IMG/VR virus record: IMGVR_UViG_3300038520_000173
Span: 1 to 25,034 of that record
Reading direction: 5' to 3' (one strand)
DNA: 25,034 nucleotides
Source of the DNA: a virus
Taxonomy: Duplodnaviria > Caudoviricetes
The notes beneath the pieces are model-generated. The model made no database searches, was not told the DNA's origin, and was given only the letters and a program-made list of their open reading frames with translations. Position numbers and translations under genes: made by a program. Below, in pieces: positions 25,034 through 25,034 of the stretch; within the stretch, counting starts at the first letter, position 1; the number at the start of each line of letters is the position of its first letter.

Positions 25034-25034
25034 A

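Overview
This is an AT-rich 25 kb fragment of a tailed dsDNA phage with a lambda-like non-contractile (siphovirus-type) tail. The gene content suggests a marine picocyanobacterial (Prochlorococcus-type) host, which is an inference. 1-18.9 kb (+) is a morphogenesis operon: head-tail joining genes, tail assembly chaperone, a short tape measure protein, M/L/K/I/J-like tail tip genes, an S74-chaperone tail spike, a 1966-aa modular repeat fibre, a LamG protein and small fibre-associated genes. 19.0-22.4 kb is a cluster of small membrane and signal-peptide proteins arranged around a structured intergenic element. 22.7-25.0 kb (-) holds small Zn-binding or regulatory genes and the 3' part of a family A DNA polymerase. 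The best leads are: (i) an unannotated -1 frameshift (A_AAA_AAG plus a hairpin) that would add a Zn-finger to a 56-aa helical protein; (ii) a probable ~80-nt structured sRNA at 20240-20320; (iii) a module of exported beta-rich, Cys-containing proteins beside holin-like genes; (iv) a tail-chaperone extension in the +1 rather than -1 frame; (v) a gpL-like protein lacking its Fe-S cysteine domain and a gpK-like protein lacking NlpC/P60. No searches or folding programs were run; family calls rest on motif recognition and gene order.
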